Of a stretch of 48,478 nucleotides of DNA, positions 46,101 to 48,478 are shown in pieces. The translations under genes and the position numbers were made by a program. The first letter of the stretch is position 1. The number at the start of each line of letters is the position of its first letter. The DNA comes from a bacterium. Lineage in GTDB: Bacteria > Patescibacteriota > Patescibacteriia > Magasanikbacterales > GWA2-37-8. The notes under the pieces are model-generated. The model searched no databases, was not told where the DNA came from, and saw only the letters and a list, made by a program, of their open reading frames with translations. The stretch lies in assembly GCA_021790135.1 (NCBI GenBank), contig JAJYIJ010000001.1, positions 1 to 48,478 of the forward strand. The letters are read 5' to 3'.

Positions 46101-46540
46101 TGAAACTCAACCACATGGTCGAGGACAAGATCCATCAGCGTTCGATTGGCCCCTACAGTTTGATTACTCAGCAGCCGCTTGGTGGCAAGGCGCAATTTGG
46201 TGGTCAGCGTTTCGGAGAAATGGAAGTTTGGGCGCTTGAGGCCTATGGCGCGGCTCATACGCTCCAGGAAATGATTACGATCAAATCTGATGATGTTCAG
46301 GGCCGTTCCAAAGCTTACGAAGCGATTATCAAAGGCGAAACAGTAACAAAGGTCAACATCCCTGAATCGTTCAACGTTTTGGTGCGCGAATTGAAAGGCC
46401 TCGGTTTGGATGTCGAACTGCTCCGCAAATCCGAATCCGGTGAATATCGCCCTGCCGCCGAGGTCGAGGCAGAGGAAGCCAAGAGTGCGCCGGTTGATGA
46501 GATCGTAAACGAAGTAAAGCCGCCTGAGGCAAAAAGTTAA
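43106..46540 (+). CDS. rpoB: DNA-directed RNA polymerase subunit beta
   Basis: 1144-aa ORF with canonical RpoB blocks: TSRGTFVINGIERVVVSQL, GPNIGLV, MGTNMQRQAVP, AGRHGNKGVVSK and FGEMEVWALEAYGAAHTLQE. Confidence 0.99.
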   Translation: MPIFKHQKVKTQERKFLHRVNSVPTPDLIEVQKNSYDWFLKFGIKELFDEISPITDFSGRDLELYLENYYLDEPRFDEVTCRERNITFEAPLRVTARLVNKRTTSSKSQEIYLGDVPAMTSRGTFVINGIERVVVSQLIRSAGAFFTAENVRGRRYYGAKIIPNRGAWIEIETDQNNVIWIKVDRKRKVAATSLLRAFGYESDEKLAELFKDVNTHPHIDFVDATIKKDLAKNMDEGLIEVYKRIRPGDLATADNAKSLIYAMFFNFERYDLGRVGVYKFNTKFDLGYLPEDFDKKENRILSAEKLLLVLKEIVRLNITQEEPDDVDHLGNRRVRAVGELTQNRFRVGLARMERIIKDRMSTYEVDQLTPNKLINARPVTSAIREFFMSSQLSQFMDQTNPLAELEHKRRLSALGPGGLSRDRAGFEVRDVHTTHYGRICPIATPEGPNIGLVNHLSSFARINEFGFIETPYQKVRREVANQAKLTEGEILRGDVAGVKNGTKITKEIAAKLSKEKIEKIPVRPRLTNEVVYLNSFKEEKVTTAAASVKTDSDGYFVDDTVPARVYGKPGVASTESLEYVDVASNQIVSIATSCIPFLEHDDATRALMGTNMQRQAVPCIRPEAPLVGTGTERDAALYSGYVVLAEEDGEITEVDGAHIVLTAKKGKTYTHVLNKFKRSNHSTCIDQHPVVTLGQKVKRGEALTDGPSIREGELALGQNVLVAYMVWDGFNYEDAVIISERLVQGGSYSSIHIEDYTIDVVETKLGAEVVTSDIPNVSEEKLKNLDSEGIIRIGAEVKSGDILVGKITPKGETELSAEERLLRAIFGDKARDVRDSSLYLEHGEHGKVIDIKVFSAENGDKLEPGVIKQIQVTVADLRKLQVGDKMAGRHGNKGVVSKVVPVEEMPFLEDGTPVDIILSPLGVISRMNLGQLLETHLGLAANALGFKIATPILNGITEEEIKSELSKAGMPTNGQVQLYDGRTGEPFDHKATIGYNYMLKLNHMVEDKIHQRSIGPYSLITQQPLGGKAQFGGQRFGEMEVWALEAYGAAHTLQEMITIKSDDVQGRSKAYEAIIKGETVTKVNIPESFNVLVRELKGLGLDVELLRKSESGEYRPAAEVEAEEAKSAPVDEIVNEVKPPEAKS

Positions 46541-46589
46541 GTAAATAGTTTTTCTTTCATATCTATACATAATTTGAATCTTTAACTGT

Positions 46590-48478
46590 ATGCCTCGCGA
46601 CCAACTCCATTCAATGAATTTTGACGCCATTCGCCTTAAGCTCGCTTCGCCCGAAGTAATTCGCGCCTGGAGCTATGGTGAAGTATCAAAACCAGAAACA
46701 ATTAACTACCGCACGCAGAAACCGGAAAAGGGCGGTTTGTTCGCTGAAGAAATTTTTGGACCGGTAAAAGATTGGGAATGTTATTGTGGAAAATATAAAA
46801 AAATACGTTATAAGGGAATTATTTGTGATAAGTGTGGCGTCGAAGTGACGCACTCGCTGGTTCGCCGTGAACGCATGGGCCACATTGAACTAGTTGCGCC
46901 GGCTGCTCATATCTGGTTTTTGCGCTCCGTCCCTTCCAAGATCGGTTTAGTGCTTGACTTGTCGGCCCAAGCTCTTGAGAAAGTTGTCTACTTCGCTTCA
47001 TTCATTATTACTCACGTCGATGAAGCCGGCAAAAAAGAAACCTCAGACCTCCTCCGCCGCGAATATAAAACAAAGAAAAAACAAATTGAGAATGAGCTGG
47101 AGCAGCAGATAAAGGCGGCTCAAGAGGCGGCCAAAGGGGGCAAAGCCAGTTCCTTAGAAAAATTCAAACAAGAAGCCGAACGCAAGCAGAAAGCTTTGGA
47201 TGCCGATTTCCAGACTGCAGAAAAAGAACTGAAAGAACTGCAAACTTTGAAAATTGTTTCTGAAAATAAATATCAGGAATTGTCACTCCGTTACGGGCAT
47301 CTCTTTGAAGCCTCTATCGGGGCTGAAGCGGTATATAACTTGCTCAGCCGTATTAACGTGGAAGAAACAATCAAAAAATTAAGCGAGGAACAACAGCAGG
47401 CCAAAGGTTCAAAATTGGAACGCATTATTCGTCGTAAGAAATTGCTCAAGAGTTTGGCGATGAATAAAATTCATCCTGACTGGATGATTTTGAAAAATAT
47501 TCCTGTTATTCCGCCGGACCTGCGTCCGATGGTGGCCCTTGATGGCGGACGTTTCGCCACTTCCGACTTGAACGATTTGTATCGTCGTGTTATCAATCGC
47601 AACAACCGTTTGCGTCGTTTGCTTGAACTTGATGCGCCAGAAGTTATTTGTCGTAATGAAAAGCGCATGTTGCAGGAAGCTGTTGACGCTTTGATTGACA
47701 ACAATGCCCGGCACGCCAAAACCGTGACCGCTTCCACTGGCCAAAAACGGCAGCTTCGATCGTTGGCCGATATTTTGAAAGGTAAACAGGGTCGCTTCCG
47801 TCAGAACCTGCTCGGTAAACGCGTCGACTATTCCGGTCGTTCGGTCATCGTTGTCGGCCCACAGCTGAACATTGATGAGTGCGGTTTGCCAAAGCGCATG
47901 GCACTAGAGTTGTTCAAGCCATTCATCATGGGAGAAATCATCAAACGCGAGTTGGCGCACAACGTCCGTTCCGCCAGCCGATTTATCGAAAGTGAAGCGG
48001 ATGAGGTGTGGGATATTTTAGAAGAGCTCACCAAAACCACGCGCGTTTTGTTGAACCGCGCACCAACCTTACACCGGCTTGGCATTCAGGCTTTCCACCC
48101 TCGTCTCGTTGAAGGTAAGGCGATTCAGCTGCATCCACTCGTTTGTACCGCTTTTAACGCTGACTTCGATGGTGACCAAATGGCGGTTCATCTGCCGCTG
48201 ACTGCTGAAGCGCGCTGGGAAGCGGAAAATTTGATGGCCGCAGAAAAAAATCTGCTCAAGCCGGCCACCGGTCAGCCAGTGATCACGCCAAAACAGGATA
48301 TTGCTCTCGGCTGTTTTTATCTGACACATTATAAAGTGAATGACACTGCGGAAGTGAAGAAATTTTTTGGCTCTGAAAAAGAGGCAAAATTGGCGTATAA
48401 GAGTCGCCAAGTGACTTTGCATGAACGTATTAAAGTACGTTTTGAAGATCGCAGTAAATTCACGGAAGATAGCCCCAC
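46590..48478 (+). CDS. rpoC: DNA-directed RNA polymerase subunit beta' (5' partial; continues beyond the window)
   Basis: The ATG at 46590 opens a frame that stays open to the window end, so it is absent from the ORF track. It has the zinc motif [48 protein letters not shown] and the catalytic [12 protein letters not shown] (~48150-48190). Confidence 0.98.
   Translation, partial: MPRDQLHSMNFDAIRLKLASPEVIRAWSYGEVSKPETINYRTQKPEKGGLFAEEIFGPVKDWECYCGKYKKIRYKGIICDKCGVEVTHSLVRRERMGHIELVAPAAHIWFLRSVPSKIGLVLDLSAQALEKVVYFASFIITHVDEAGKKETSDLLRREYKTKKKQIENELEQQIKAAQEAAKGGKASSLEKFKQEAERKQKALDADFQTAEKELKELQTLKIVSENKYQELSLRYGHLFEASIGAEAVYNLLSRINVEETIKKLSEEQQQAKGSKLERIIRRKKLLKSLAMNKIHPDWMILKNIPVIPPDLRPMVALDGGRFATSDLNDLYRRVINRNNRLRRLLELDAPEVICRNEKRMLQEAVDALIDNNARHAKTVTASTGQKRQLRSLADILKGKQGRFRQNLLGKRVDYSGRSVIVVGPQLNIDECGLPKRMALELFKPFIMGEIIKRELAHNVRSASRFIESEADEVWDILEELTKTTRVLLNRAPTLHRLGIQAFHPRLVEGKAIQLHPLVCTAFNADFDGDQMAVHLPLTAEARWEAENLMAAEKNLLKPATGQPVITPKQDIALGCFYLTHYKVNDTAEVKKFFGSEKEAKLAYKSRQVTLHERIKVRFEDRSKFTEDSP

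Noticed and set aside
44363-46630. Several 190-220-aa minus-strand ORFs (44363-44950, 45329-45913, 45962-46630) and others inside rpoB/rpoC
   Set aside because: They lie antisense within unambiguous rpoB and rpoC coding sequence and are shadow ORFs.

Overview
This 48.5-kb chromosomal window uses the standard genetic code (TGA, TAA and TAG all terminate long ORFs). From gene content alone I infer a small-genome, CPR/Patescibacteria-like bacterium. All calls are hand analysis; no searches or folding programs were run.

Core genes:
- Housekeeping: uppS, ychF, rpsF-ssb-rpsR, epmA-efp, recA, ftsK, rpoB and the 5' part of rpoC (open at the window end).
- Four tRNAs: Ala-GGC, Gly-UCC, initiator-like Met-CAU and Gly-GCC.
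- Envelope genes: MOP flippase, AI-2E transporter, SpoIID-like protein, DsbA plus VKOR, a TolB-like lipoprotein, and a 1156-aa FN3/CarboxypepD_reg surface protein.

Two type IV pilus (T4P) loci dominate the window:
- Locus 1 (11998-17465, minus) is pilB-pilC-pilM-pilN-pilO-like plus one membrane ORF, with no pilin.
- Locus 2 (20711-29888, minus) runs CheY-like receiver, pilB2, pilC2 with a C-terminal SH3b-like extension, three minor pilins, a 567-aa pilin-LamG fusion, a PilX-like protein, a major pilin and a hybrid histidine kinase. It has no pilMNO.
- No prepilin peptidase or PilT is visible in the window.

Items most worth a second look:
1. A ~122-bp direct repeat starts inside the 3' end of tRNA-Ala and brackets a 0.93-kb two-gene cassette. 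A ~480-bp GC-rich foreign segment follows it, carrying an ORF with strong GC3 bias.
2. The 950-bp ftsK/rpoB divergent gap holds two perfect and one near-perfect DnaA box, an AT-rich tract, an orphan promoter-plus-terminator unit for a ~200-nt structured RNA, and a long rpoB leader with terminator hairpins.
3. The PilC-SH3b fusion and the complementary gene content of the two pilus loci.
4. A promoter-driven ~115-nt rod-like RNA followed by a 41-codon hydrophobic micro-ORF.
5. A palindromic intergenic repeat family present in two copies.

No CRISPR array, integrase, transposase or rRNA was seen.
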